This document shows positions 1 through 12,000 of a stretch of DNA of 64,000 nucleotides, piece after piece. The number at the start of each line of letters is the position of its first letter. The stretch's first letter is position 1. This stretch comes from Octopus vulgaris (Eukaryota). The notes under the pieces were generated by a model. It was not told the origin of the DNA. It made no database searches and saw only the letters and a list, made by a program, of their open reading frames with translations. A program made the translations under genes and the position numbers. The DNA lies in NCBI GenBank assembly GCA_951406725.2, contig OX597816.1, positions 100,130,001-100,194,000 on the forward strand. The letters run 5' to 3'.

Positions 1-670
1 CCTCATCCATATGCATCACATGACCATACCAGCGCAGTTGTCTCTCTTGCACACCACATCTTATGCCTTTTATGCTTAACTTTTGTCTCAACTTTGTCAT
101 GCATGCTCACTGACATTTCACATCCAGCAAAGCATACTAGCTTCATTTCTTTCTTTTGCATGTCCTTGGTGGTCACAGCCCATGTTTCATGTAGCATGGC
201 TGTTCGCACACAACATCACCCAATCTACCTTTCACTCTGAGGGAGAGTCTCTTTGTTACCAACAGAGGTAGTAGCTCTCTGAACTTTGCCCAGCCTATTC
301 TTATTCTAGCAGCTATGCTCTTGAAGCATATATCATGCTATTGATTTGGTCATCTAGGTAACAGAAGCTATCAACTACTTTGAATTTTACCCCCTGGCAT
401 TTGATGGAGTCTATTTTCTGTACATTTTTGGGGTTAATTATATCTGTGCACCTTCCACACACAAAAACTATTTTCCCCGTTAACCTTCGTCTGATATTGC
501 TGCATCTCTTAGGTGTCTATAGCTTACACTAGGTACATCTTATGGAATTGTTACCTACACCTTTTCTACAGATCGAGTAGGGCAATCTATCTGAAGAGGT
601 TTGTGATTTGTCTGCTCTCCTACTTACTAAGAATTTGGTTTTTGCTAGATTAACTCTTCTTTCCACACCT
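1..670 (-). mobile_element. Degraded RTE-clade LINE fragment (end of RT, including the PHD-like insert)
   Basis: Minus-strand remnants KTKFLVS..., SICRKGVGNNSIRC, VVDSFCYLD, WAKFRELLPLLVTK, VRTAMLHETWA; same family as 10558-11676 and 56773-58670. Confidence 0.85.
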
Positions 671-788
671 TTATTTTGGGGGTAACTTCTGATTCAAAAC
701 AATTTAAATTTAGTATTAATTTCTTTATCTATTTTTATTTACCAGTCTAGAAATGGCTGATATAAGAAGAACAGTGCTTCTTCTTTAA

Positions 789-1863
789 CCCTTTCATTAC
801 TATATTTCTGACCAAAATACACCCCTTATGTGTTTCAATTAATTTCTAACATAATCATAAATTTAGTCTGGTTTCATTAAACAATTATAACTTTTTTATT
901 TATCAATATATTAATGTGATTTTTGGAAGATAATTTAATGAAATGTTCTCAACCAATTCTATACTATAATTTTTGTCACAAAGTGACTCTAATTGAGGTA
1001 GATACAGGTAAATTCAACAAAATATGAAATTATTAAAATTTTGTTCAAACATCGCTATAGAAAATGGGTTATTAGCTAATATTCAATTGAGTATACAACA
1101 AACTTTTACGATAGAATTTGTTATTCTGGGTAACTTTCTGATACCCATAATAATATTTATGGCAAAATAGTCTTAATTTCATTTAAGGTTGTGGAAAACC
1201 ACTAACTATCCTTTCTTTCGCTTTGTTTACATTTAGCGTAACGGTTCGTTTCCGCCGTAATGATTTCAAATAGGCTCATTCGAAAAAGTAAAAAGAAATA
1301 GTCTAAGGCTTTACTCTCCTGGGAAAGTCTGTGGCTTCGTCCAGTTTTTTCAGAAAAATCACCGAAAGAAACAGTTTTTAAATTTTCAGTCCATCCAGGT
1401 GCCAATTCATTTTCTTTATCGCTGTCGGAGCTCTCGGATTCACTGTTTTCACTTTTGGAAAATGAAACATCAGATTCATTATCAAATACCACGTGCTTTT
1501 TTTTTCAGTCATAGAGTTAGATTTATGAAGGTCGTCAGTTGAAAATCCTTCAAATTCTGACTCGCTGCTTGATATAATGAAATTCATATCCATTTTTTGT
1601 CAGAATTACAAATTTTGAAAACACAATAGGAACAAATTTCGGAAAAAAATCTCCCAAAATTCACGGAATTAAAATTACACTTCGATTTTTGTACAAAACT
1701 GTAGATGAACTGTTTACGAAGTATAATACGTGTTTTCACGAATGTACTAAAGAGATTTGCTCTGATATTCTCATTTAAATATGAATAGGTAAATACGGGC
1801 GGGTTTGGTCACATTAACCAAAATTTTTTTAGGGCGGCTTTGGGCGGTTTGGTAACAAAAGGG
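789..1863 (-). mobile_element. Internally deleted piggyBac DNA transposon with a transposase N-terminal remnant
   Basis: TTAA target duplication at 785-788 and 1864-1867. TIRs CCCTTTCATTAC (789-800) and GTAACAAAAGGG (1852-1863), 10/12 match. Minus ORFs 1378-1593 and 1202-1492 (frameshift at the T-run near 1497-1505) give an acidic N-terminus then ALDYFFLLF..IITAETNRYA, typical of piggyBac/PGBD transposases. Confidence 0.88.
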
Positions 1864-3768
1864 TTAAGTTAACTAGTGAAAAGTAAAGTCTTAATTTTTA
1901 GAGTCCATTGTATGTTATCTTTAATTACTGTTAGAATAATTTTGGTTCTTTGTGTACTTAATGTCAAGTTATTTTTAAGCTTTGCGATGGAAGTAATATT
2001 TTCTCCATTTGTTTAAAATTATTTTTATGCAATGACATTTTGGGAGAAAATGAACAGCTGTAGATCTTTGAGTAAGAAAATGGTAATCAGATGATAATTA
2101 AATGATTTTATTTAAGTCATTTAGCAATAAATGAGTGGGAATTCTTTTATATGGACTGCTATTCAAATCTAGTGAATGTCACTTTCATTTTTCACACATT
2201 TGATTGTTTATGCACAAGTATTGCTGGCTTGTCATTGCAAATAAATGAATGTAATTTGACTATATAATAAAGCTAAAACTTGAAATGATGAAACTATATT
2301 TAGCATTTTAATGCATAGATACTCTAGACTGACTGTTTATTTAATTGGATCTATAATTACAAGTTCATTGCATATCTATATATATGTATACACACATACA
2401 AACTTCATTACTATTCACATCCACACATTCAAATATACCGTCATTCATTACACACTCACACATTTTAATTTATTTAATCATATTCTTTTAAGATCTTATT
2501 TTGTGGCATTCAACTGGAATCAAAAGAATGTGTTTATTTATTTATATATTTTTTTTTGTAGTTCACTAATTAATTAGAAACAGGCTGGATGGCTTAGTGG
2601 TTAAGTCTATAAACTCAAAGTCTTTAGCTATAAATTCAATATTGCTTCTTGGACAAAACACATGAATCATATTCATGAGTGTATATGTCAGGAATATAAG
2701 TTTAATACTAATTTAAAAAAAAAAAAAGTGGCATCAGGAAGTGGTATGCAATAATGAAACACCTGCTTCCTGATATAAAGAATGGGATCTATTTCTTCAC
2801 CAACTTGAAATCAAATCTCTTCTGTCACTTTTGATCAATGATACGTAAAATGAAAAATCCATATTTAATTCTATTACTAAATTTGTAATATGCACATATA
2901 TACAAACTTTCTCTCTCTCTGATTCTCTCTCTTTCTCTTCCTCCCCTCTCTCTCATTCTCTCTCTCTCTCACGTACACATTCATACACTCATCTGTACGC
3001 GTATTTATGATTATGATGTATAGCAAAAATGATTTCTATTTGTTCCATTGTTAATTACTTTAACTATGGTATTCTTTCTGAGAAATAACTACATAAATTT
3101 ATTCACTGAAATTCATATGCTTGCATATATTGAAATATACCAATATACATTGATTTTATCTCATAATTTTGCCAATGATGCACATAGAGTTGGATAAACA
3201 TATGTTTGTATATTAGATGCAATAAAGTAAGCTGACAGGTCATCTGTAGGAATAATTGCCCTCTCTTTTGACCCATAAATATTTTTCTTGGATTTATTAA
3301 TTATTGAATATGATAAAAAGAAACTTTCAATTCACTATCAATCTAGACCATTTTAAAATAGTAAACTCAACAGCCATCTAGTAGCTTCTCTTGTCTCATT
3401 CTATGAACTTCTGCTCTCCCTACCATGTACAATAGACTTTCTGAAGAGTGATTTCTTTCTATTTCGTTCTCCGCCCCGCCCCCTCTCTCTCTCAACATCT
3501 GCCTCATTTACTCATATCTCCTTCCACAAAACTTCATACTGCCAGGGAAGATGATGATTTTGTAAATGACAGTTGTAGTGATGGGGATTATACAATGCAT
3601 TCATACAATATTTCAGTTTTTCCTTGCATAGATGTTTTCTGAAAGCTAATGTAGAACAATACAAGCTAGCAAACAAATCAAGCGAACATTACAGATGTCT
3701 TTCTATTTTATGTAGAGGAGACTATATAACTACTGTGTGAAAGAAATTTTAGAGGACAGTTGCTCATG

Positions 3769-3769
<1 letters not shown>

Positions 3770-3814
<45 letters not shown>

Positions 3815-3904
3815 TTGAAAAATATGGCTTTCTCTTTCTCTGTGTACTTAGACACATGCTTAAATGTAGATATATATATACCATATAACTATGTAACTGA
3901 AAGC

Positions 3905-3974
<70 letters not shown>

Positions 3975-3993
3975 TTATATATATATATATATA
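3770..3993. repeat. (TA)n microsatellites
   Basis: Two (TA)n runs at about 3770-3812 and 3908-3993. Confidence 0.95.
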
Positions 3994-4169
3994 TTCATTT
4001 GTTCTTTTATTTGTTTCAGCCATGTAGATGCGGTCATGCTGGAGCACCACTGTGTTTTGCTGATTTCCTCAGTCTGGTGGGGTTTTCACATCACAGCTCC
4101 TGATGTGCCTTTATTTGAGCTGTAAGCTAATTTGGTGTATGTCCTCATCTGTACATCATGCCAGGCCAT

Positions 4170-4560
4170 CAGTTCATCCAGTATTTTGGAAAGGAGGATA
4201 TCTAGTTTCTTTTTAAAGACAGCTACGTCCATATTATGTAGATTTCATAATATTTGTGGCAGTGCATTAAAGAACTGTGGGCTATTTCAGTAGCTGGCTA
4301 TTCCAGTACCCTAGGCTATTTCAGTACCTGGTCCTGAATTTAGATGGAGCGGATGGTACTTTTGATACAATATAATGTCATCCAGTTCTGACATTTGTAT
4401 AACATTCAATGCCAAAATTAGGCACTAGCTTTTCTAGAGTTATCCTTATGTAGATTAATACATATTTGTCACTCTTTCACAGTCGCAGATTTTTCAGCCT
4501 CTCCCTGTAGCTCATCCACTGCACTGTTTCAATCCTTTTCATGTAGTGATGTTGGACTGC
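4170..4560 (-). mobile_element. Degraded CR1-group LINE 3' fragment
   Basis: Minus translation PQFFNALPQIL*NLHNMDVAVFKKKLDILLSKILDE resembles the C-terminus of the CR1 ORF2 at 42180-42310 (GPALFNITPKHIK...FKKSLDRFLQEIPD). Confidence 0.65.
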
Positions 4561-4592
4561 TATTTATATATATATTCATACTTATAAATATA

Positions 4593-4634
<42 letters not shown>

Positions 4635-4725
4635 TAATATTTATATCATCATCATCATATATATATTTATTTATATACATATATATTTATTTATCTATAT
4701 ATATTTATATATTTATTTATATATA

Positions 4726-5321
4726 CCTATACATATAAATTTGACATGGACAATTCTTTCTTGTCTTGGGATTCACGGTCAACCAGCTGGGTGGAATTGT
4801 GTGAAAAACTACACAGATGTGTAGAATGATCTGGTGGTGATGCTGAGCTTTGTATTTTTTCATATCTCCCATGGTTACCGAGATAATCTACTATAATAAT
4901 AGTCTTGTGTTTAAGAATGAGAAAGGTAGGGGTGATAGATGAATAAGGAAGGAAGGGTGATGTCATACTTGGTAATGTATGCTGAAAAAATAAATCAAAC
5001 AGCATTTCAACTTTGTGTGAATATATGTGTGTATGTAAAAGAGGGGGGGTGTATGTGAATCTGTGTGTGTGTATGCGTGCACAATGGAAGTGGGATGGTT
5101 CATCTTTGTTCGCTTAGTATTTGGGTTTATTTTTGGATTTGGTTGAATCCTGGTTGGTTTTTTTTTTTGTTGGTCAGTTATTTTTAGCGTTTTGAAAGAA
5201 AAAGTCACTCTAAAATTATTTTTTAATGTAAGCGTGCCCAAACAAATCGAATGTTTACACAGAACAGGTTATACAGCCACATCATCCAAACTGACTGGGT
5301 GAAACCGGGCTTAGCTGCTAG
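4726..5321 (+). mobile_element. Probable non-autonomous Helitron (3' end recognisable, 5' end tentative)
   Basis: Weak 3' hairpin ctgggtgaaaccggg followed by CTAG|T at 5318-5322. The 5' ctatacatataaa resembles the TCTCTATATATAAA start of the Helitron at 53379. Confidence 0.4.
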
Positions 5322-5369
5322 TATACATATATATATATATTTATATAAATTTATATATATATATATTAC

Positions 5370-5575
5370 GGAGATGTACTCGCATAGCAAGTAATTTGAT
5401 CTGAGATCGTGTGCTGAAACGAAAACAATTGCAGCGTGGAAGGTGTGTATAAGCCATTTAAGAAACACACAAAAGCCGTTCGATTCACTCCAACATTTAA
5501 GTTTAATTTGTCAAAATATTTTCGTCGCTAAAATCCGCGACCTGTTCACTGACAAAGTCCGTGCTGCATCTGTGT
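5370..5575 (-). mobile_element. About 200-bp CpG-retaining interspersed element (Penelope pLTR/retrozyme-like) between microsatellites
   Basis: Complex, CpG-containing island between (TA)n and (TG/TA)n arrays, carrying the hammerhead-topology motif at 5507-5556. Confidence 0.5.
5507..5556 (-). ncRNA. Minimal type-I hammerhead ribozyme motif, G3:C8 core variant
   Basis: Minus strand: TTTGTCA-GTGAACA-G-GTCGC-GGATTTTA-GCGAC-GAAA-ATAT-TT-TGACAAA. This gives a 7-bp stem I, core G3-U-G-A-A-C8-A, a 5-bp stem II, GAAA, a palindromic stem III (AATATT) and an NUH triplet (UUU). Confidence 0.65.
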
Positions 5576-5608
<33 letters not shown>

Positions 5609-5637
5609 ATATATGTATGTGTGTGTGTATATATGTA

Positions 5638-5670
<33 letters not shown>

Positions 5671-5995
5671 ATATATGTATGTGTGTGTGTATGTATATAT
5701 GTATGTGTGTGTATGTATATATGTATGTGTGTGTATGTATATATGTATGTGTGTGTGTGTATGTATATATGTATGTGTGTGTGTGTATGTATATATGTAT
5801 GTGTGTGTGTATGTATATATGTATGTGTGTGTATGTATAAATGTATGTGTGTGTGTATGTATATATGTATGTGTGTGTGTATGTATATATGTGTGTGTGT
5901 GTTTGTATGTGTGTGTGTGTGTGTGTGTATGCATATATGTATATATATATATGTATATATATATATGTATACACACACACATATATATATATTCA
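5576..5995. repeat. Compound (TA)/(TG)/(TATG) microsatellite with a 20-24 bp higher-order unit
   Basis: Repeating tatatatgtatgtgtgtgtg(tatg); source of the spurious VC/YI/HT ORFs. Confidence 0.95.
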
Positions 5996-6086
5996 TATAT
6001 CTATTTATTTATTTTAAACAGTTCAGATAATATATAAATACATGTGTAAAGTATTAGTAATTTCTAGAATAGAGAAAGAAGAGCAG

Positions 6087-6213
6087 TTTCTTACAGCTAT
6101 TTCAGCCAAGAGGTTACAGTACCCCATATGTTATTTCCATCTTTTCAGTGTATTGTAGTAATCTGTAGATAAAATTAGGGTACTCGGGTATGCCTCTAGA
6201 CTTTGTCAGAGAG
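6087..6213 (-). ncRNA. Degenerate type-I hammerhead with an extended stem II (probable inverted pLTR of the adjacent Penelope-like element)
   Basis: Minus: CTCT-CTGACAA-AGTCTAGAGG..AGTACCC..GGGTACT..CCTCTTGGCT-GAAA-TAGCTG-TA-AGAA. G8>A is consistent with CpG decay of CTGACGA; stem III is near-palindromic (A[C/T]AGCTGT) with a GUA site. Confidence 0.55.
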
Positions 6214-6263
6214 TTTTATAAAATAGTCCAAAAAGTTCATAGGGCTAATTTATGCATGTATAA

Positions 6264-6303
<40 letters not shown>

Positions 6304-6324
6304 TTACATATATACATACATACA

Positions 6325-8150
6325 GCTAGAAAAACTATAATCTCTCATCAAGGTAAATACTGGACTAGGAAGGATACTCCAGTTTGTTTCGATAAATCGT
6401 GGGCATGCAAGACTTCACTGAAGTCATTGACTTAGTTGGAATTTACCTTTTACACTTACTCAAAAAACAATTCCCTGAATTGGATGCTGGTCCTTACCAC
6501 AATGACACACTATTTTTAGTTAGAAATACCTCAAACAGAATACTTGAACTATACAGAAAAAGAATATACAACTTCAAAAACCAAGGACTAGCCATCACTA
6601 ATGAAAAAGACTACAACTCAGTGAACCTCCTAGGCGTTAACTTTAACCCTAATACATCATCTTATCAACCTTACCATAAACCTAACAACAATATCACGTA
6701 CATACATGCACAAAGTAACCATCCTTATAATATTATAAAATTTCTGACCTCTTATATAGAAAGTAGAATTAACTTATCTAATGAGGAAATTTTTAACAAG
6801 CACAAAGACTACTACAATCTAGCACTTAAGAAGGCAGGATGCAAATATTGAATTAAGTACAACAAAAACCATAGCACCTATTCTAGTTATTCCAATAATT
6901 GTCTAGATAAGAACAATACTGACCATATTACTGAACCCATATCAACTGGTAAATTAGAAAGCCCTGACACATAATTAAATTTTCTCAATAATAATCATCA
7001 GCAACACATTAGCAACAGACACAAATCCTACAACAACAATAAACATAATAATAAACTCTTTGAATATGAGCACCATAACCTCACTAATAGAATGAATAGC
7101 ACTAATTTTACCAACCCACAAATCACCAAATACACTGTTAATAATGTAATCAAACCCAAGTATACAGACAGTAAATACTGAAAACAAATAACTATAAATA
7201 GAAATAAAAACATGAAACCTACACACTTAAAAATCAAACTTATCCTACTACATCTCATCCTCCTAATAATTCATATAACCGCATAAATCATATGAATAAA
7301 GTTAGGAATAATATAGAAAAAAGAAACCTATACCATGTGTAAGAATAGATGACCCACAAAATATAAACCACTACGATAATAAAGAAAACAACAACATCAT
7401 TTGGATCATAATTCCTTTTGCAAAACATCTAAAATCTAATTTTATTAAACCCATTAGAAGCATTATTAAAAAAAAATTTTTAACTCTAAATATGCAAAAA
7501 TATTTAATAACAAAATAATCAGCTTTGGATTTTCAGTATCTCCAAACCTATTTAGGATTGTCTCTTCATTTAACAATAGGAAACTAGACTAATTCTGTAA
7601 TAAAAAAAAAACTTCTCCTAATGCACATAATAACCCCAATAATTCCATATCTAACAACAACAATTATCAGAATAATCAAACCTCAATTACCCCTAATACA
7701 TATAGACATAACAATGGAATACCAACTAATATTTCTAATTGTAATTGTAGAAACTCAAATACTTGTGAGGAAGAAAGTAACTGTAAAATGAAAGATGTAG
7801 TATACCAAGTAACAATTATCACCCATAATCTCTCTAAATTTACTTACATCAGATGTTCACAAAATTCTTTGAAATTAAGATTAAATTATCATAGATCATC
7901 CTTCAATGACCCTAGAAAATAAAATAGCACAGGTCTATCCAAAAAGGTTTGGCAACTGAAAAGAAGCAATATTGATTACTTGATTTCTTGGAAAATACTT
8001 TCTTCAACTCCATCTTATTGACATAATAACAAGATCTGCAAATTATGCCTAGAAGAAAATTACAAAATAATGAAAATGAAAGGTTCTCTAGTAAATTCGA
8101 GAGATGAAAAAGTTTTTCTTGCAGACATATGTCAAAATTCCTTTTTATTT
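6325..8150 (+). mobile_element. 5'-truncated, decayed Penelope-like element of Naiad type (RT + GIY-YIG endonuclease)
   Basis: RT motifs MG.QDFTEVIDLVGIYLL, GPYHND (from GLYRDD), VNLLGVNFN, YQPYHKPNN, SNHP, NEEIFN; linker IIWIIIPFAK; then CNCRNSNTC..NC..DVVYQ..TYI..LR..HRSSF..STGLSKKVWQLK..WKIL..CKLCLEE..VNSRDE. Stops and frameshifts are present. Confidence 0.88.
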
Positions 8151-9916
8151 ATCTTAAATAATCTTTCCAACCACCTACCTTAACTACTTTTATCTTATTC
8201 CTTCTTATAATTTAGTTTTTTGTATAATACCTTTCCCTACATTATTACCACCTATATATGATTTCTTTTCTATAATACTCTCTACTTTAATTATCCTACA
8301 CTACTTGGATATTCATATTATTCTACTATCCCCCCATATATTGTATGAACTTCATTTTATTAATATAAAACCTATACCAAGTATTCATGTACCTTCCCTT
8401 CTTTCTCAATATATATTTTTAGACAATTTTTTTGGACAATTACTTAATATACATGCATATATATATATATATGCATTATTTGTATGTAATCTATTTTTTC
8501 ACAATATGTACTTAGATACACCTCTCTCACATGTTGTTATTATTATTATTAGTATCATAATTAACTATTGCCAACATGTATGGTACTTCTTACTTTTTAC
8601 TACTGATTTATGCAAATACCTTTTAATACTTTTTTTAGTGACTATTTTGCCCTTATATATCTTTTTTTATTATCCCTTTCCCTTCTTTTCTTCTTTCTTA
8701 TTCGTAACCTATTCCATTTGTATAATATGTATATATTTTTTTAAAAAACTACATCTCTTAAGTATCCCAATCTTTATTTCTTAAATTTTTTTTATTATTT
8801 TGTGTTTCTTACAAACCTATGTATATTAACCAAAATCTTACAGATGATGTTCAATTATACTTACAGTAATTCTAAGTGCACAACAATCACTTCCACAAAA
8901 TGCACACACTCTCATAGATTATAGTTTATTTATCTCTTTGGTTATGCATATAAATAGATTTATAGTATTTCCATTTTTCCCTCTTTATTAGAATTAATAT
9001 TATTTTTATTTATCTATCATAATTCTTATTACTACTTCTAATATTTTTTCAACTTTATATTTACACCAATTAATATAATTAATAGATTATATATTATATT
9101 CTATATTTTACTTATAAAACTTATAAAATAAACTTTATACATATACGTATGTCATATATTATACATAATATTATACAAAGGTATATGGATGTACATATGT
9201 GTGTATATATCTGTATATGCTCATGTGTATATATATATATATATACACATATATGCACATATCCTTTTATCTTATTTTGTAGTTTCTGTTCCTTTTAAAT
9301 GCATCAGTAAACAAAATATATATACACATTTTGAAAGAATATTCTCTTATATTGGAGATTTATATATATGAATTACTTCTCGTATCTTTATTATACTTGT
9401 CTTTTCACACCTATCACCCCATAATAATAAAAACACTTTTTCTTACATCCACTTTTACCACTATAGAAACGTGTATTTCTTCGAAACATCTTTCTTACAA
9501 ATTTACCTTAGCTTTATCTCCCCTAAATTGTTACTTTTTCAACATACCCCAAAAAACTCTTTTATCACCGTACATGTTATTTTTTTCAATAATTTTAATC
9601 ATAGCAAGTATTTTCTTTCTTGATTCTGTAATATTAACAACTATTCTTCTTTTTTTAGTCCTTCCTCTTAGACTTGTTTCACACAAACAAATATAATGCT
9701 TTTTAACTAATAATAAATCTTTTTCTGCCATTATATTAACTTAATAATTACTCCTTCACAGCCCTAAATTTTTTTGTCCTTTGAATTTCAAGTAACATAT
9801 TAATTTATACTTACTATTTATATTTCTTATTCTAGGAATTAAAAAAAAAATTCTTTTTAATATACCCCATAATTTATTATTATTATTTTCATTGTATACC
9901 ACTCATAACTGTTGAA

Positions 9917-10320
9917 TCTCTATCTATAAAGCTGAAATGCGAAAAGTTTGTTTGTTTGATTTGAGGATTGGAACTGGTTAAGGGGCACTAGATGGGGTCG
10001 GATTGGCTCTAAAATTTACAGAGTTATGTAAAAAGAAGCGAGGAAGTGAGTGGACTAGGTTAGAAATCCCTATCTCAAAAGCTGTGGTTACTAGGGAAAC
10101 AAAACCCACACTTTGACAAGTGCTTGTCCTTTCTCTTTTTCGGATATCGCCCTCACTTCCTCTGTCTCTCTCTCACTTTCCTCCCTTCCCTCCAATTTCT
10201 CTCTATAACGACGTTTGACCTCCCTCCACCTCTTTCACTGTACGTCTGTCTGTATCTATAGAGAGAAAGCATTGACAGCCGCAAAAGTTTAAATGTTCCT
10301 GCTACAGGTCTTTTAGAATG
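9917..10320 (+). mobile_element. 5' portion of a non-autonomous Helitron-like element
   Basis: A|TCTCTATCTATAAAG followed by (GTTT)n, the same 5' architecture as 53379; no 3' hairpin/CTAG found. Confidence 0.45.
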
Positions 10321-10387
10321 GTGAATTATTATTACCCATTACCAGCACAAAATCATAACAGATATTATTAATCAGATATATTGTGTT

Positions 10388-10405
10388 AATATATATATAT
10401 ATATA

Positions 10406-10443
<38 letters not shown>

Positions 10444-10557
10444 AATATATATATATAATGTGTATACATATATATATGTGTATATATATAAAGTGTATAT
10501 ATGTGTGTAGTCATGTATATATAATGCGTATATATGTACATATTTAATGCGTATGTA
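10388..10557. repeat. (TA)n/(TG)n microsatellite
   Basis: Direct inspection. Confidence 0.9.
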
Positions 10558-11676
10558 TCATCATCATCATCATCGTTTAGCGTCCGTTTTCCATGCTAGC
10601 ATGGGTTGGACGGTTCTACTGGGGTCTGTGAAGCCAGAAGGCTTCATCAGGCCCAGTCAAATCTGGCAGTGTTTCTACGGCTGGATGCCCTTCCTAACGC
10701 CAACCACTCCGTGAGTGTAGTGGGTGCTTTTTACGTGCCACCCGCACTGGTGCCAGACAGAGCTGGCAAACGGCCACGAATGGATGGTGCTTTTTATGTG
10801 CCACCGGCACGAGGGCCAGGCGAGGCTGGCAACGGACACGAAACGGGGCGGTGCTGGCAACGGTCGCGAAACGGAAAGTTCTCTTACATGCCACCGGCAC
10901 TGGTAACACATCTGCAATTTCCATTGATCGATTTCCATTGATCGATTTCCATTGATCGATTTCGATTCTGATCCTCACTTGCCTCAACGTGTCTTCACAA
11001 GTAGAGTTTCGACATGCCACCGGCACTGGTAACACATCCGCAATTTCCATTGATCGATTTCGATTCTGATCCTCACTTGCCTCAACGCGTCTTCACAAGT
11101 AGAGTTTTGTGTCCCAAGAAGGGAAGGTATGCATACGTAGGCTGGCTCCATCCCATGTAGAAGGCCACGGGTTATGGACTCACTTGTCCTGCCGGGTCTT
11201 CTCGCGCACAGCACACTTCCAGAGGTCTCGGTCTCTAGTCATTTCCTCAGTGAGACCTAAAGTTCGAAGGTCGTGCTTCACCACCTCGTTCCAGGTTTTC
11301 CTGGGTCTGCCTCTTCCACAGGTTCCCTCAACCGCTAGGGTGTGGCACTTTTTCACACAACTATCTTCATCCATTCTCGCCACATGACCATCCCAGCGCA
11401 AACGTCTCTCTTGCACACCACAACTGATGCTTCTTAGGTCCAGCTTTTCTCTCAAGGTACTTACACTCTGCCGAGTGTGAGTACCGGCATTACACATCCA
11501 TCGGAGCATACTGGCTTCATTTCTAGCGAGCTTACGCATATCCTCAGCAGTCATGGCCCATGTTTCACTGCCATGTAGCATGGCTGTTCGTACACACGCA
11601 TCATACAGTCTGCCTTTCACTCTGTGCGAGAGGCCTTTTGTCACCAGCAGAGGTAAGAGCTCTCTGAACTTTGCCC
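10558..11676 (-). mobile_element. Young 5'-truncated RTE-clade LINE (intact ORF C-terminus, 3' UTR, (GAT)n tail)
   Basis: ORF WAKFRELLPLL..RVKGRLYDACVRTAMLHGSETW..RRLRWDGHVARM..GRGRPRKTW..MTRDRDLW, stop at 11180; (CAT)n on + at 10558-10574; many CpGs retained; 5' end fused to (TA)n. Confidence 0.93.
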
Positions 11677-12000
11677 ATATATATGTATATATATATATAT
11701 ATATATGTTTATAATAAGTGTAGATCATATATGAGTGAGTATATATTTATAAAAAGGAACTTTGAAAACGCCACTATATAAGATAAATTTTTATTTTCTG
11801 AGAAATTTTACTTGCTTTGGTCCTTCTTGAAAAAACGAACGTTATCAAAAATATTTTAAAAAGCTAAGTGTAATAAAAAAGTTCATAATTGTTTCTTACT
11901 AGTCTTAACAGAATCCATGTGGTGGTGTTTTGTGGGGAGTAAGCATAATAGCTGCAAATTTAAAGTTAAGTGTAATAAAAATGTTTATATTTAGTTAATT

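Noticed and set aside
7735-8140. Selenocysteine-encoding Naiad (in-frame UGA at conserved Cys positions, as reported for some Naiads)
   Set aside because: The conserved Cys codons I read are TGT/TGC, the stops look like random decay, and I did not recognise a SECIS.
8160-9900. Hydrophobic ORFs (8305-8784, 9331-9696) resembling membrane proteins or a mitochondrial insertion
   Set aside because: T-rich low-complexity sequence with no recognisable mitochondrial or membrane-protein motifs; possibly Penelope 3' sequence.
10886-11107. CRISPR-like repeats (also the 65-bp duplication at 48577-48709)
   Set aside because: No unique spacers of regular length, no cas genes, eukaryotic context; these are simple tandem duplications.
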